A DNA stretch of 43,679 nt from a virus (taxonomy: Duplodnaviria; Caudoviricetes): positions 1-43,679 of IMG/VR virus record IMGVR_UViG_3300034082_001076, one strand, 5' to 3'. The number at the start of each line of letters is the position of its first letter. Within the stretch, counting starts at the first letter, position 1. Below the pieces are notes generated by a model. The model searched no databases and was not told where the DNA came from. It was given only the letters and a program-made list of their open reading frames with translations. Below, one piece after another: positions 1-8,725 of the stretch. Both the position numbers and the translations under genes were made by a program.

Positions 1-1842
1 ATAATCAGTCCATGCAGTAACTTCATTTTGTACAAATGTTCGGTTGGCTTGCAGTAATACTTCAGCACTGATAGTCTGTGCATCAGGTCCCGAACTCTTA
101 AAGATAGTCGGAGCAACATCAGTACCATTTGTAATAATGTCAGTAATAATATTAATGTTGTTGGCAAAACCTGCGCTAGCAATTGCTCCACCAGTTAATG
201 CGGTATTAATTACTTGCGGAGCAGTTACTGATCCATACAGTGTACTAGTTGAATTAACGATAACTGCCTGTGTTAACGAATTAACATAATTAATGGCTGC
301 TACTGTTTGAATTTCTTGACCAGCAATTAAACTAATAACGCCGCGATAATATGCAAGTCCACTTTCAACAGATTTTTCGTTGCCGCCAAATGTAGTATCA
401 TATGATACATTTTCTAAAATAATACCAACATCTCGATAACACTTGGCACGGGCATAACTGAATCCGTACCATATTGAACTAGTACTAGCCGTTGCAATAT
501 TATAATTGATCCAATTGATTGTTTGTTCTTGGATGTACGATTTATTAGCAAGAATCAATGTTCTAGCATCATAGAATCCTAAATTTTGTTGGCCAGTATT
601 AATACTATCTCCAACAGCAATAGTTCCAGTACTTAAATTTATAACTAGTGTGCTAGTATTTGCAGTCCAAGAACCGACACCGACTGCATTAGGAATTTGT
701 ACAGTTTGGTTAGGAAAAAATAATGTACCATCTTTTAACCACGGGCCTGATTGATTAGTACAGTTCTGAATATACGGTGAATTGAACACATCTATCTTGC
801 GGCCATCTACTAGAGGAGGAAATGCCGTTGCATATGCTCCTCTATTATAACCACTAGAATTTTCGATAGGTAGTAGACCACTGCGGCCGTTACTCATTTG
901 TAATTGAGCAATATAACAACCAGACTGTACGTGGAACAAATCTTGTGTTTTATTTAGAGGTTCAACAAATGTAGTACGCAAGTCACTTCCAAGAATACTA
1001 GTAGAAGGTTGCATTAAGATAGGATTATTTTCATAATATCTACCAGGTGCAACTCTAATGCTTGTTCCAGGAGTATATAACGGACTTAATGTGGCACCTT
1101 TTATTGTACGGCAAGCACGGCTTGCATCCATTGCAGATCCATCATTAGTATCACTGCCGTCCATAGTAACATACAAAATGTTAGTAACTACTGGAGCAGT
1201 ACCTAATGGTTTGTTAGGACTGTTAACTCTAATTTGACCGTTGATTTCTAAAAGCCCGTCAGCAGGATTGATAGAAATGCCTCCAGTAGTACTGGAAAGT
1301 TTGTTTGCAATTAATTCTTCAAAATATCCAGCTTCCCAGGTAGCATCTGGGGCTCCAATATTATATGTATTATCAACGGAAGGAACAATGTTGCTGTCAA
1401 CAGTACCGTTAATTTTAATTTTGTCTGTAGGCCTATCACCTAGCCCAATATCACCATCGGCTGTGATATTACCTGTTGCATGTAAATCGCCCGAAACAGT
1501 TACATTACTTTGTAAATTAATATCATCGCCACCTTGTGGTTTAATATTAATTGGGCCCGTGATGGATGCGATAGTGTTTGTTGAAATGTAGATTTTACCA
1601 ATAGTACCATTTCCAGTACCTGGAGTTGTTTCAACAATTCTTAATACGTCACCGTTAATTGTGCCTTTAACATCTAAAGGATATAACGGAGTGTCTTTTC
1701 TAATACCGACTCTAGTACCGGTAACGTCTAGGAACAATATCGGATCTTCAGTCGTGCTGTTTACGTTATAAAAAGCAATGTCAAACCCATCGCGGAACAA
1801 GTTTGCCGCCAATAACGGACCAGATATACGACCAATAGCCAT
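1..1842 (-). CDS. Large virion structural / tail-fibre-like protein (C-terminus runs off the window; absent from the ORF track)
   Basis: Manual translation from ATG at 1842 (MAIGRISGPLLAANLFRDGFDIAF...) stays open to position 1. GAGGAG SD upstream. Contains LYVTMDGSDTNDG...RTIKGA...IRVAPGRYYENNPI...GSDLR, typical of the start of a pectin-lyase-like beta-helix in phage fibres. Confidence 0.8.
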   Translation of the reverse strand, partial: MAIGRISGPLLAANLFRDGFDIAFYNVNSTTEDPILFLDVTGTRVGIRKDTPLYPLDVKGTINGDVLRIVETTPGTGNGTIGKIYISTNTIASITGPINIKPQGGDDINLQSNVTVSGDLHATGNITADGDIGLGDRPTDKIKINGTVDSNIVPSVDNTYNIGAPDATWEAGYFEELIANKLSSTTGGISINPADGLLEINGQIRVNSPNKPLGTAPVVTNILYVTMDGSDTNDGSAMDASRACRTIKGATLSPLYTPGTSIRVAPGRYYENNPILMQPSTSILGSDLRTTFVEPLNKTQDLFHVQSGCYIAQLQMSNGRSGLLPIENSSGYNRGAYATAFPPLVDGRKIDVFNSPYIQNCTNQSGPWLKDGTLFFPNQTVQIPNAVGVGSWTANTSTLVINLSTGTIAVGDSINTGQQNLGFYDARTLILANKSYIQEQTINWINYNIATASTSSIWYGFSYARAKCYRDVGIILENVSYDTTFGGNEKSVESGLAYYRGVISLIAGQEIQTVAAINYVNSLTQAVIVNSTSTLYGSVTAPQVINTALTGGAIASAGFANNINIITDIITNGTDVAPTIFKSSGPDAQTISAEVLLQANRTFVQNEVTAWTDY

Positions 1843-1934
1843 TTGAGCTCCTCAACTTTGGGTATCACACCCAAGAACCACCTTACGTTGCGGGTTTACC
1901 ACAGTTAATTCTGCCAACCATTTGGCATCGCAGT
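1843..1934 (-). promoter_or_regulatory. Structured 5' leader of a late transcript (candidate cis-regulatory RNA)
   Basis: About 90 nt between late promoter and ATG, with hairpins TGCCAA-ATGG-TTGGCA and TTGGGT-GTGAT-ACCCAA just before the SD. Confidence 0.5.
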
Positions 1935-1942
1935 TATTTATA
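1935..1942 (-). promoter_or_regulatory. T4-type late promoter TATAAATA
   Basis: Exact T4 gp55 consensus, intergenic, oriented toward the 1842 gene. Confidence 0.8.
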
Positions 1943-1963
1943 CCAAAATAATTTTTAAGGAGT

Positions 1964-2491
1964 TTAAGGAGTAGGGAATGGAGGGAAGTATCCGTCGTAT
2001 CCTAGCATTACAGTTATGTACTTGAGTGCAGGTGGCGCTTCGTTAAATCGCACATATACCCTTGATCCAGATTGAATCAAGGTGTAGTTTGTTGTGGGAA
2101 TTTGCCATACATTTTCTACAAAAACAAATATATTTTGTGGGCTTGTGAAATCTGTATAAAACTCCCCACTACTGTATTGTAAGGGACCAAAATCAAATGT
2201 TGCATAATTACCCGGCCCTAATGTCTGTACTGTTATAGGGGCTGGTCTTACAGTTCTAATAACTTCCCATCCTAATCCAGCCCCTAGTCCATTATACATT
2301 TCTGCTTCAGTTAAGTCTGCATTATATCTAACCATACCATCAATATATAAGCCGGGCCGCGTAGAATCGTCGCCTCGAGGAATCTCCATAGAAACTCTAG
2401 TGGTCGTAACTATTCTACCATTTTCTAGAACAGCAAACCGATTTGTCATCGGATCGTTTCTAACTATGGATGATTTCTTTACATATTTCAT
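1964..2491 (-). CDS. Hypothetical virion protein (175 aa)
   Basis: ORF within the structural cluster; start overlaps the upstream stop (ATGA). GMVRYN motif is common in phage fibre-associated proteins. Confidence 0.7.
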   Translation of the reverse strand: MKYVKKSSIVRNDPMTNRFAVLENGRIVTTTRVSMEIPRGDDSTRPGLYIDGMVRYNADLTEAEMYNGLGAGLGWEVIRTVRPAPITVQTLGPGNYATFDFGPLQYSSGEFYTDFTSPQNIFVFVENVWQIPTTNYTLIQSGSRVYVRFNEAPPALKYITVMLGYDGYFPPFPTP

Positions 2492-2820
2492 GATATCTGC
2501 ACATAGCTCACTGTTGAATTAACTTTTAGGTTTGCATTTGCGTTAACTTGTCCCCATATTGCATCTTGACTTTGTAGAAGTAATTTTTCAGTGTCCATTA
2601 CAAATGTTTCTAGGGTAGGGATGTGAACATTCTTAAGAATTTGTCCTAATGGAGTACCGGGTACTGACCCAAATGGTACTACCCAAACATCCAAATAAGC
2701 ATCGTCGGTACCATCAGTATTGCAGAACATCATTGTTGTTACTGCAAACTCTGTTCCAGTAGTTGCCGTGAAGATTGGAATTGCAGAAGCAAATGTTACC
2801 AGTGTATTTTGTATCGCCAT
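2488..2820 (-). CDS. Hypothetical small virion protein (110 aa)
   Basis: Beta-rich ORF tightly packed between structural genes. Confidence 0.7.
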   Translation of the reverse strand: MAIQNTLVTFASAIPIFTATTGTEFAVTTMMFCNTDGTDDAYLDVWVVPFGSVPGTPLGQILKNVHIPTLETFVMDTEKLLLQSQDAIWGQVNANANLKVNSTVSYVQIS

Positions 2821-2830
2821 TTGTATAACC

Positions 2831-3853
2831 TTAAAAAATTAATCCGTAAATGATAGCACGTTTTCTACTTACTAATTCATCCGATTGCTGTGTATTTACA
2901 AAATACACGCCGGTGCCACCGCCACCAATTGTAGACGTGCTATATACATTTGTATGTAATGGTTTGACACGCGGTGGATTAATATTTGCCAAACTTAAAG
3001 CTGACGCAATTTCGACGGTACCTGTACTGTAGGGAGTAATTCTAATACTTTGACTACTTCTAGAAGCATTAACAGATATGTTTGTGTCAGCAATATATAA
3101 ACCTTGTATATTAGCATCCGTACCTTCTAATGTAAAAACAACATTTGTGCCGGACCCAAATCCCATAAATATTTTAGGCGGATTTGAATAGTACTGCGGA
3201 TCTGAAAAAATAACAGCAGGGTCGTTGAGTTCAATAAACGTTCCGCCTACTCTAACCTTTTTAGTAAATTCTTCTCCAGAATATGCTTTATCATCTACAT
3301 ATCTTTTGTTTGGGATATCATCGTCGTCAAGAACTTGAAGTTCGTAATCAGTGGTACCTCTAACATTTAACACTGCATTTGGATTCTCTCGGCCAAATAA
3401 GTTTAAGAAACTCCCGCCACCAATTCTAATAGCGTTAGTTTTAATAGCACTTGTTGCTAACTGGATTCCGTCCCCGACTGAAAATTCCCAAACACCTTGA
3501 GTGCCGGTTGTTATTGTATCGTAACTCCAGTATGCAGTGTCGTTGTATAATAATGCAGCAGCATTAGTAAGTGTATTAACAGATCCTCTAGAAATTGCTA
3601 TACCAGAATATCCTCCAGTAACATAGCCGTTGGTCTCACCGCTGTTAAGCATTAAGATATTATCTACAATGTTAGTATTGGTTGTGGAAATATATGTTGT
3701 ATTTCCCACAACATTCAAATCTCCATAAACTGTTACTGTACCAGATGTTGCAGGATGCAATGTGCCGTCATTGTAGACATCCAGAATTATGCCGCCATTT
3801 TTGGCAACAACTTGATAATCTCCTGGTACTCTTACTATATTGACTGTTGACAT
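2831..3853 (-). CDS. Virion structural / tail-fibre-associated protein (340 aa)
   Basis: VYGDLNVVGNTT...DNILMLNSGE and DDDDIPNKRYVD motifs typical of T4-like fibre proteins. AAGGA SD and late promoter upstream. Confidence 0.7.
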   Translation of the reverse strand: MSTVNIVRVPGDYQVVAKNGGIILDVYNDGTLHPATSGTVTVYGDLNVVGNTTYISTTNTNIVDNILMLNSGETNGYVTGGYSGIAISRGSVNTLTNAAALLYNDTAYWSYDTITTGTQGVWEFSVGDGIQLATSAIKTNAIRIGGGSFLNLFGRENPNAVLNVRGTTDYELQVLDDDDIPNKRYVDDKAYSGEEFTKKVRVGGTFIELNDPAVIFSDPQYYSNPPKIFMGFGSGTNVVFTLEGTDANIQGLYIADTNISVNASRSSQSIRITPYSTGTVEIASALSLANINPPRVKPLHTNVYSTSTIGGGGTGVYFVNTQQSDELVSRKRAIIYGLIF

Positions 3854-3870
3854 CTCTATTTCCTTTGCAA

Positions 3871-3876
3871 TATTTA
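3871..3876 (-). promoter_or_regulatory. Late promoter core TAAATA
   Basis: Intergenic TAAATA 17 nt upstream of the 3853 start. Confidence 0.65.
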
Positions 3877-3890
3877 TCGTGTTAATGGGT

Positions 3891-4856
3891 TTATGGTGAT
3901 GCTACCAAGATCCACACATTATCCCAATAAAATATTTGATTTGTATCCTGTACTAGGAATGCTTGATATGTATAAGCGCCCGTAACTGGTAAGAATGCAA
4001 TTGTTGGGATTACATTGTATGACGAAATATTTCGGAATCCACTGCCTATAAATCCAAAAATACTACCTGTAAAACCAGTAGTTCCTGTAAATCCCGAAGA
4101 ACCTGTAAATCCCGACGATCCTACAAATCCAAAACTTCCTACAAATGCACCACTTCCTGCATATCCATCTTCCGGGTTAGTAGTGCCGCCTTCCTGTTCT
4201 TCTGATATTTCAGGCATCTCCCCCGGTTCACCTCTTTTCCAAAATTTGTCTAGTGTCAATGACATTGTCCAACCGATGTTAGGTCGAGCTTCTTGTTTAT
4301 TAATTACAGTCTCACCTTCAACAGTGTATCTCATTCTTACAAAATCAATTGCAGGAGTAGTAGTATGCGGGGTTGAAAAATTACTTTGAAATCTTAAAAC
4401 AACACCAAAGTCGCCGCTGGTCATTGCATATACATCGGGATCAGTCCAAGTCAATCCCCATGCATTGCCGTAAGTTTTTAATGTTTCAATTTCAGGAGTT
4501 GCTAAGTTATCTCCAATAGGAGAACCGTTGTATATTAATTGAATAGTGTCGTCAACAATGCGGGCGCCCCTATCCATTTGTATCTGAAGTTGTATTCCGT
4601 TTACTTGACCTGGTTCTCGACCCAGTTGAAACATGCAATTCAAATACCATGTTTTATTTCTAATAGGAGTAGAAAAAGAGTTTGGTATATGCTTTAACGG
4701 TGCAATAGTTTTAGTCTGTGTAAGATCTCTAGATTTTATATATGTAAAATTACCAGTAGAATCCCAAGGTACATGAGTTATTGCTTCAGAATCTTGCGAT
4801 ATAGAATGAGGATAATACCATTTAGGATAGTAATTAGTAGGCTTGTTGGAATACAT
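3891..4856 (-). CDS. Hypothetical virion protein with C-terminal GFxGS repeats (321 aa)
   Basis: Globular N-terminal domain, acidic linker, then GFVGS/GFTGS repeats. Confidence 0.75.
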   Translation of the reverse strand: MYSNKPTNYYPKWYYPHSISQDSEAITHVPWDSTGNFTYIKSRDLTQTKTIAPLKHIPNSFSTPIRNKTWYLNCMFQLGREPGQVNGIQLQIQMDRGARIVDDTIQLIYNGSPIGDNLATPEIETLKTYGNAWGLTWTDPDVYAMTSGDFGVVLRFQSNFSTPHTTTPAIDFVRMRYTVEGETVINKQEARPNIGWTMSLTLDKFWKRGEPGEMPEISEEQEGGTTNPEDGYAGSGAFVGSFGFVGSSGFTGSSGFTGTTGFTGSIFGFIGSGFRNISSYNVIPTIAFLPVTGAYTYQAFLVQDTNQIFYWDNVWILVASP

Positions 4857-4861
4857 AAGAA

Positions 4862-4867
4862 TATTTA
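4862..4867 (-). promoter_or_regulatory. Late promoter core TAAATA, 5 nt before ATG
   Basis: TAAATA-TTCTT-ATG directly after a terminator. Confidence 0.65.
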
Positions 4868-4870
4868 CCT

Positions 4871-4900
4871 AAAAAAATAGCCGCCGAAGCAGCTATTTTT
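4871..4900 (-). terminator. Rho-independent terminator with C(UUCG)G loop
   Basis: Minus strand AAAAATAGCTGC-TTCG-GCGGCTATTTTTTT downstream of the 245-aa gene. Confidence 0.85.
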
Positions 4901-4916
4901 ATTCAACTAATATTAA

Positions 4917-5654
4917 TTAAACGTTGCTAATGCTAACTGTAGTAGTGACAAGAGTCTTGTCTGTGCCATTGGCAGCAGCAAGTGTCCATTTTGCTAAATC
5001 GTTAGTTGCATAAACCCATGCACTGGCACCGTTTTGTGTTTTCTGAGTTAATCTTGCTTTTCTAGATGCTAAACGAGTTACATAATATGTGTTACCGTTA
5101 GCATCGCTAGCTTCAAGAACCATTGTACCAATAGATGCAGTGTCAGCTACTAACTTACATACGCCGTACCCTTGAACAGTCTTAACATAGTAACGACTTG
5201 TACCTTGTTGTTTAACAATGTCACCAATTACTGCACTACCACCAGAATTAACTGTACCGTTAGATGCTGTTGGAACCCACGCTGTAAAGTTTAGAGCGTT
5301 TTGACGGCCAGTAGTTAAACTGATTGCAAATGTTCCTGTGGTTGTAGGATTAGGTGTAAATGTTAATGATGTTGCAGTAGTTATATAACCACTACCAGCA
5401 GTTAGTACATTGTACGCCGTAGGGGCGCCAGCGCCAGATACTGTTACTGTACCAGAAGCCACTGTACCGCCCGGAATACCTGGTGTGCCTGCAACCCATG
5501 TTACTGTAGTTGAGGTGCTGTAACCCGAACCTGTAGTAACAATTGCAACTGTAGAAAGGCCTTCGCCGCCTACACCTGTTGCACCGCCAGTTTGTCCATC
5601 GTCATATGGACTGTTGGTGTTACCAAAAAATTTCTTATTAATAGGACGTCCCAT
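4917..5654 (-). CDS. Virion structural protein (possible head decoration/fibre), 245 aa
   Basis: Gly/Thr-rich with GSGY repeats; directly downstream of the major capsid gene; own late promoter and AAGGAG SD. Confidence 0.7.
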   Translation of the reverse strand: MGRPINKKFFGNTNSPYDDGQTGGATGVGGEGLSTVAIVTTGSGYSTSTTVTWVAGTPGIPGGTVASGTVTVSGAGAPTAYNVLTAGSGYITTATSLTFTPNPTTTGTFAISLTTGRQNALNFTAWVPTASNGTVNSGGSAVIGDIVKQQGTSRYYVKTVQGYGVCKLVADTASIGTMVLEASDANGNTYYVTRLASRKARLTQKTQNGASAWVYATNDLAKWTLAAANGTDKTLVTTTVSISNV

Positions 5655-5723
5655 TTGTTTCTCCTTGAGTTATGAGCGTTCTAGGCCCTACGCGGTGGGT
5701 GCCGCATAATAATCTAGACTCTT
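5655..5723 (-). promoter_or_regulatory. Structured 5' leader (candidate cis-regulatory RNA)
   Basis: Minus strand TCTAG-ATTAT-TATGCGG-CACCCA-CCGCGTA-GGGC-CTAGA forms nested stems between promoter and SD. Confidence 0.5.
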
Positions 5724-5729
5724 TATTTA
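5724..5729 (-). promoter_or_regulatory. Late promoter core TAAATA
   Basis: Immediately after the gp23 terminator, upstream of the 245-aa gene. Confidence 0.65.
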
Positions 5730-5733
5730 ACAG

Positions 5734-5755
5734 AAAACGCCCCGAAGGGCGTTTT
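5734..5755 (-). terminator. Rho-independent terminator after the major capsid gene
   Basis: AAAACGCCC-TTCG-GGGCGTTTT: perfect stem with UUCG loop, potentially bidirectional. Confidence 0.85.
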
Positions 5756-5777
5756 GATTTGCTTTTTAAGCAGTGGA

Positions 5778-6953
5778 TTACTTGAAGCTAACTGTTGCGC
5801 TTGTGATAGCAACTTTACCTAAGTAGTCAGCAGCGTTACCTAACGAACTTGCTGTGTTGTTTAATTCAACATAGCCGTAACGTGTTAGGAAGCCAACTAC
5901 TGGCTCAAAGGTGTTAGGATCTAGAACAACACCAGAACTCATCAAAGGAATATATGGGCAATAGAACGCAGCAGCATCTGCTTCGCTTGTACCTTTATAA
6001 CCTAGTAGAACTTGGTTGTTGTCATCACTGTCAGCCTTGTATGCATCAACATACACACGCATAGCACCGTTCAATGTACCGACAAACTTAGTGTTTGTAG
6101 GAGCTTCGAAAGTACCTTCTGTTGTACGTGCAAATGCACTTGTTGTTGCGCTCTGAAGAATTGTCAACGCTTGGTTGGAAACAACTGCCCAGTTTGCAGA
6201 ACCACGACGTGTACGCTGAGCGATCAAGTTAGCAACACGGTTGATTTGAATCGCTAGAGCAGCGTGTTCGTCACCAACGAATGTAGCAGTACCTGAAACT
6301 AGGGACTGGTCATAAGTCTGTTCAACTGAAGCTAGAGCACGTAGACTTGTTAGAATCTCTTGATCGATTTCAGCTGTGATTTCTTGGGCTAGAGCAGCCA
6401 TGATTTCTGCTTCGATGTCAATACCTTGTTGGGCTTGTGCATCTTGAGCAGCTTCAAAAGTCCAACGAGCAGATAGCTTACGGCTCTTTGCTTCGACTGG
6501 AGCTTTCAAGATTTGAATGCTCATACGCTTGCCTGGTTGACCTTCCAATGCGCTAGTGTTATTAGCTTTTGGATTGCTGTCAGTATTGTTACCAGAATAA
6601 GCACTAGCAATCTTGAATGGGCTTAGAGCCTCTTCACCTGCTACTACGTTGTCGCCGCTGTCAGCGTAACGAACACGTAGAGTATGGATTTGACCAACTG
6701 GACCTGTCATTGGCTGAACACCGATGATTTCATTTGCAATAACTGTCGGCATAACACGACGAATTACTGGAAGAATAACACGGTTTAAGGTAGCAATGTT
6801 ACCAGCGGATGTTGCACCGGCTGTTGCACTTTCACCTAGATACTTGCGTGTGTTCTCTAAACATACAGCCATGCTCGACTTGCGTACACCGGATAGGCCT
6901 TCAAGTAGAGCTTCTTTGGTCTCTGACCATCTTTCATTTAATAATTGTGACAT
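5778..6953 (-). CDS. gp23: Major capsid protein (T4 gp23-like)
   Basis: LPVIRRVMPTVIANEIIGVQPMTGPVGQI, AKSRKLSARWTFEAAQD, EITAEIDQEI, FYCPYIPL and FEPVVGFLTRYG are hallmark gp23 motifs. Confidence 0.97.
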   Translation of the reverse strand: MSQLLNERWSETKEALLEGLSGVRKSSMAVCLENTRKYLGESATAGATSAGNIATLNRVILPVIRRVMPTVIANEIIGVQPMTGPVGQIHTLRVRYADSGDNVVAGEEALSPFKIASAYSGNNTDSNPKANNTSALEGQPGKRMSIQILKAPVEAKSRKLSARWTFEAAQDAQAQQGIDIEAEIMAALAQEITAEIDQEILTSLRALASVEQTYDQSLVSGTATFVGDEHAALAIQINRVANLIAQRTRRGSANWAVVSNQALTILQSATTSAFARTTEGTFEAPTNTKFVGTLNGAMRVYVDAYKADSDDNNQVLLGYKGTSEADAAAFYCPYIPLMSSGVVLDPNTFEPVVGFLTRYGYVELNNTASSLGNAADYLGKVAITSATVSFK

Positions 6954-6973
6954 TTATGTCTCCTTGAATATAA

Positions 6974-8068
6974 TTATCTTAGACCCGCTAATTTGCGGAT
7001 ATCTAAAATGTTATCTAAGCCTACCGCTGGCTTGGTTTCTTTATCGCCAGTAATTTCTTTGCCTTCATTGAGTGCTGCTTTTTTAGGTGCTGCAACTCTC
7101 TTATCGCCTTCAATCACTGCTGGTAGGTATTTGTCGAATGCGTCACGTAGTTTTGTAGTTTTTACACTTTCTAACAACGATTGCATTACTTCTCTTTTGT
7201 CAGCGCCTAACGGTGCTAACATTTCGCTCATAACAGTCTTTCGTTCCATTAAGTCTTTAGTAACGCGAATTTCGCGGTTCCTAGACTCAACGATAGTATC
7301 TTTTTCTGTTAATGCTACGTTTGCTTCAGCAATTTCTTTTTCTTTCTTCTGAATAATCTTTAACAATTTACTTGTTTCAGATTTTTCATTTAGATATGAA
7401 GTAGAAAATTCATTAGCAAATGCTTCAAATAAACGACGTCCAAAGTTGTTCTCGCGGGCACTGTCAATATCTTCTTTCAATTGCTTGATTTCAGATGTCA
7501 ACTTAGTTGTGACTGCTTCCTGAACTACTGCGGCACTACGTTCAATAAATCTTGATTTGATCTCAGCAAATTTACTAGTTGCTTCACGGACTAACTTAAC
7601 TTTTGTTTCAGCTAAATCACGTTTGTCAATTGCAAATTCTCTAATTTCCTTGGACAATGCGTGTACTACGAACTGCTCAAGTTTTTGGAAGTTTTCCGAA
7701 ACTTTCTGACGATCACTTTGGAATTCTACCAATTCTTTTCCTAGCTGACTTAGTACAAATGATTCTAATACTTTAGCATCACCTGTCATCTTGTGTTGAT
7801 AAGCAACTCTAGCTTCCACTAGTGCATTTTTATCTGTAACAAGTTCAGCCATTTCTGCGGCCAATCTCTCGCTCAACATCTTGTCGATTGCTTCAACCAT
7901 AACACTTCTGTCATGATTGTATTTTTGTGCAAACTCTTCACGAAGTTCAGCAGTGACTAGGTCGCGATTCTCCTGAATCTTTTTAGCAAAAGCAGACTCA
8001 ATAACATTGACTGTGTCATTTGTCATTACGCCGGATTCTACTAATTGTTTGAATGCGTCCAACATCAC
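6974..8068 (-). CDS. gp22: Prohead core scaffold protein (gp22-like); start GTG 8068 or ATG 8065
   Basis: Coiled-coil, Glu/Lys-rich, between protease and capsid genes as in T4; GRRLFEAF motif. Confidence 0.85.
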   Translation of the reverse strand: MMLDAFKQLVESGVMTNDTVNVIESAFAKKIQENRDLVTAELREEFAQKYNHDRSVMVEAIDKMLSERLAAEMAELVTDKNALVEARVAYQHKMTGDAKVLESFVLSQLGKELVEFQSDRQKVSENFQKLEQFVVHALSKEIREFAIDKRDLAETKVKLVREATSKFAEIKSRFIERSAAVVQEAVTTKLTSEIKQLKEDIDSARENNFGRRLFEAFANEFSTSYLNEKSETSKLLKIIQKKEKEIAEANVALTEKDTIVESRNREIRVTKDLMERKTVMSEMLAPLGADKREVMQSLLESVKTTKLRDAFDKYLPAVIEGDKRVAAPKKAALNEGKEITGDKETKPAVGLDNILDIRKLAGLR

Positions 8069-8082
8069 GTTCTCCTATGCGG

Positions 8083-8715
8083 TTATTTCAAACCGTTAAT
8101 TATGTGAATCATCGCCTCTTGGAGATGCTTCTGTGCTTTTGGGTCTTGTTGTACTTCTTGCGCCACCCTAAACGCTCTACTACCACCTCTTGCATTCAAA
8201 AGATGTTCGTATACTGGCGTAGGATAAGCTCCGGGCGCGGAAGGCTGGGCAACAATATCGACCGTAATAATCTCAAAGTCTGCTACTTCGCCAGTTCTTT
8301 CGTCAACGTTGCCGCTGCCTCTAGAACTTACGCCAAGTTTTACGCCTGCTTCAAGCATAGTACGAATTAAGTTCCCCATTGGAGTAGGTAAAACTTTCAT
8401 CTTACCATATCCATTAGGACCTTCCATCCACATTTGAGTAATCATATGGGATACACGGTCCAAATTTACTTTAAGATCATCAGGATGGTCTACTTCGCCT
8501 AGCACACTATATCCGTTTTGAATCTGGTCATTTAGAGTTTTAACCGCAGTTTCGATTTCTCTAACTGGATAAACTCTTTGATTTTGATTACGAATCCCGC
8601 CTTGGATGGCAATACCTTTTAAGAAAAGGTTTTTGCCTTCTTTGTCGTCAGATTCTAATACAAGACCAGATTGATCAAAACTTAAATGTTCTTTTAGATA
8701 AGCTAGTTTCATCAA
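8083..8715 (-). CDS. gp21: Prohead protease (gp21-like); probable start ATG 8712
   Basis: NQNQRVYP, LGEVDHP, LPTPMG, LGVSSRGSG and DIVAQPSAPGAY motifs of T4 gp21-type proteases. Confidence 0.95.
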   Translation of the reverse strand: MMKLAYLKEHLSFDQSGLVLESDDKEGKNLFLKGIAIQGGIRNQNQRVYPVREIETAVKTLNDQIQNGYSVLGEVDHPDDLKVNLDRVSHMITQMWMEGPNGYGKMKVLPTPMGNLIRTMLEAGVKLGVSSRGSGNVDERTGEVADFEIITVDIVAQPSAPGAYPTPVYEHLLNARGGSRAFRVAQEVQQDPKAQKHLQEAMIHIINGLK

Positions 8716-8725
8716 GATTCTCTAA

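Noticed and set aside
44-1591. Plus-strand ORFs 44-289 and 1241-1591
   Set aside because: Antisense shadows of the long minus-strand gene 1-1842, which the ORF track missed because its stop lies outside the window.
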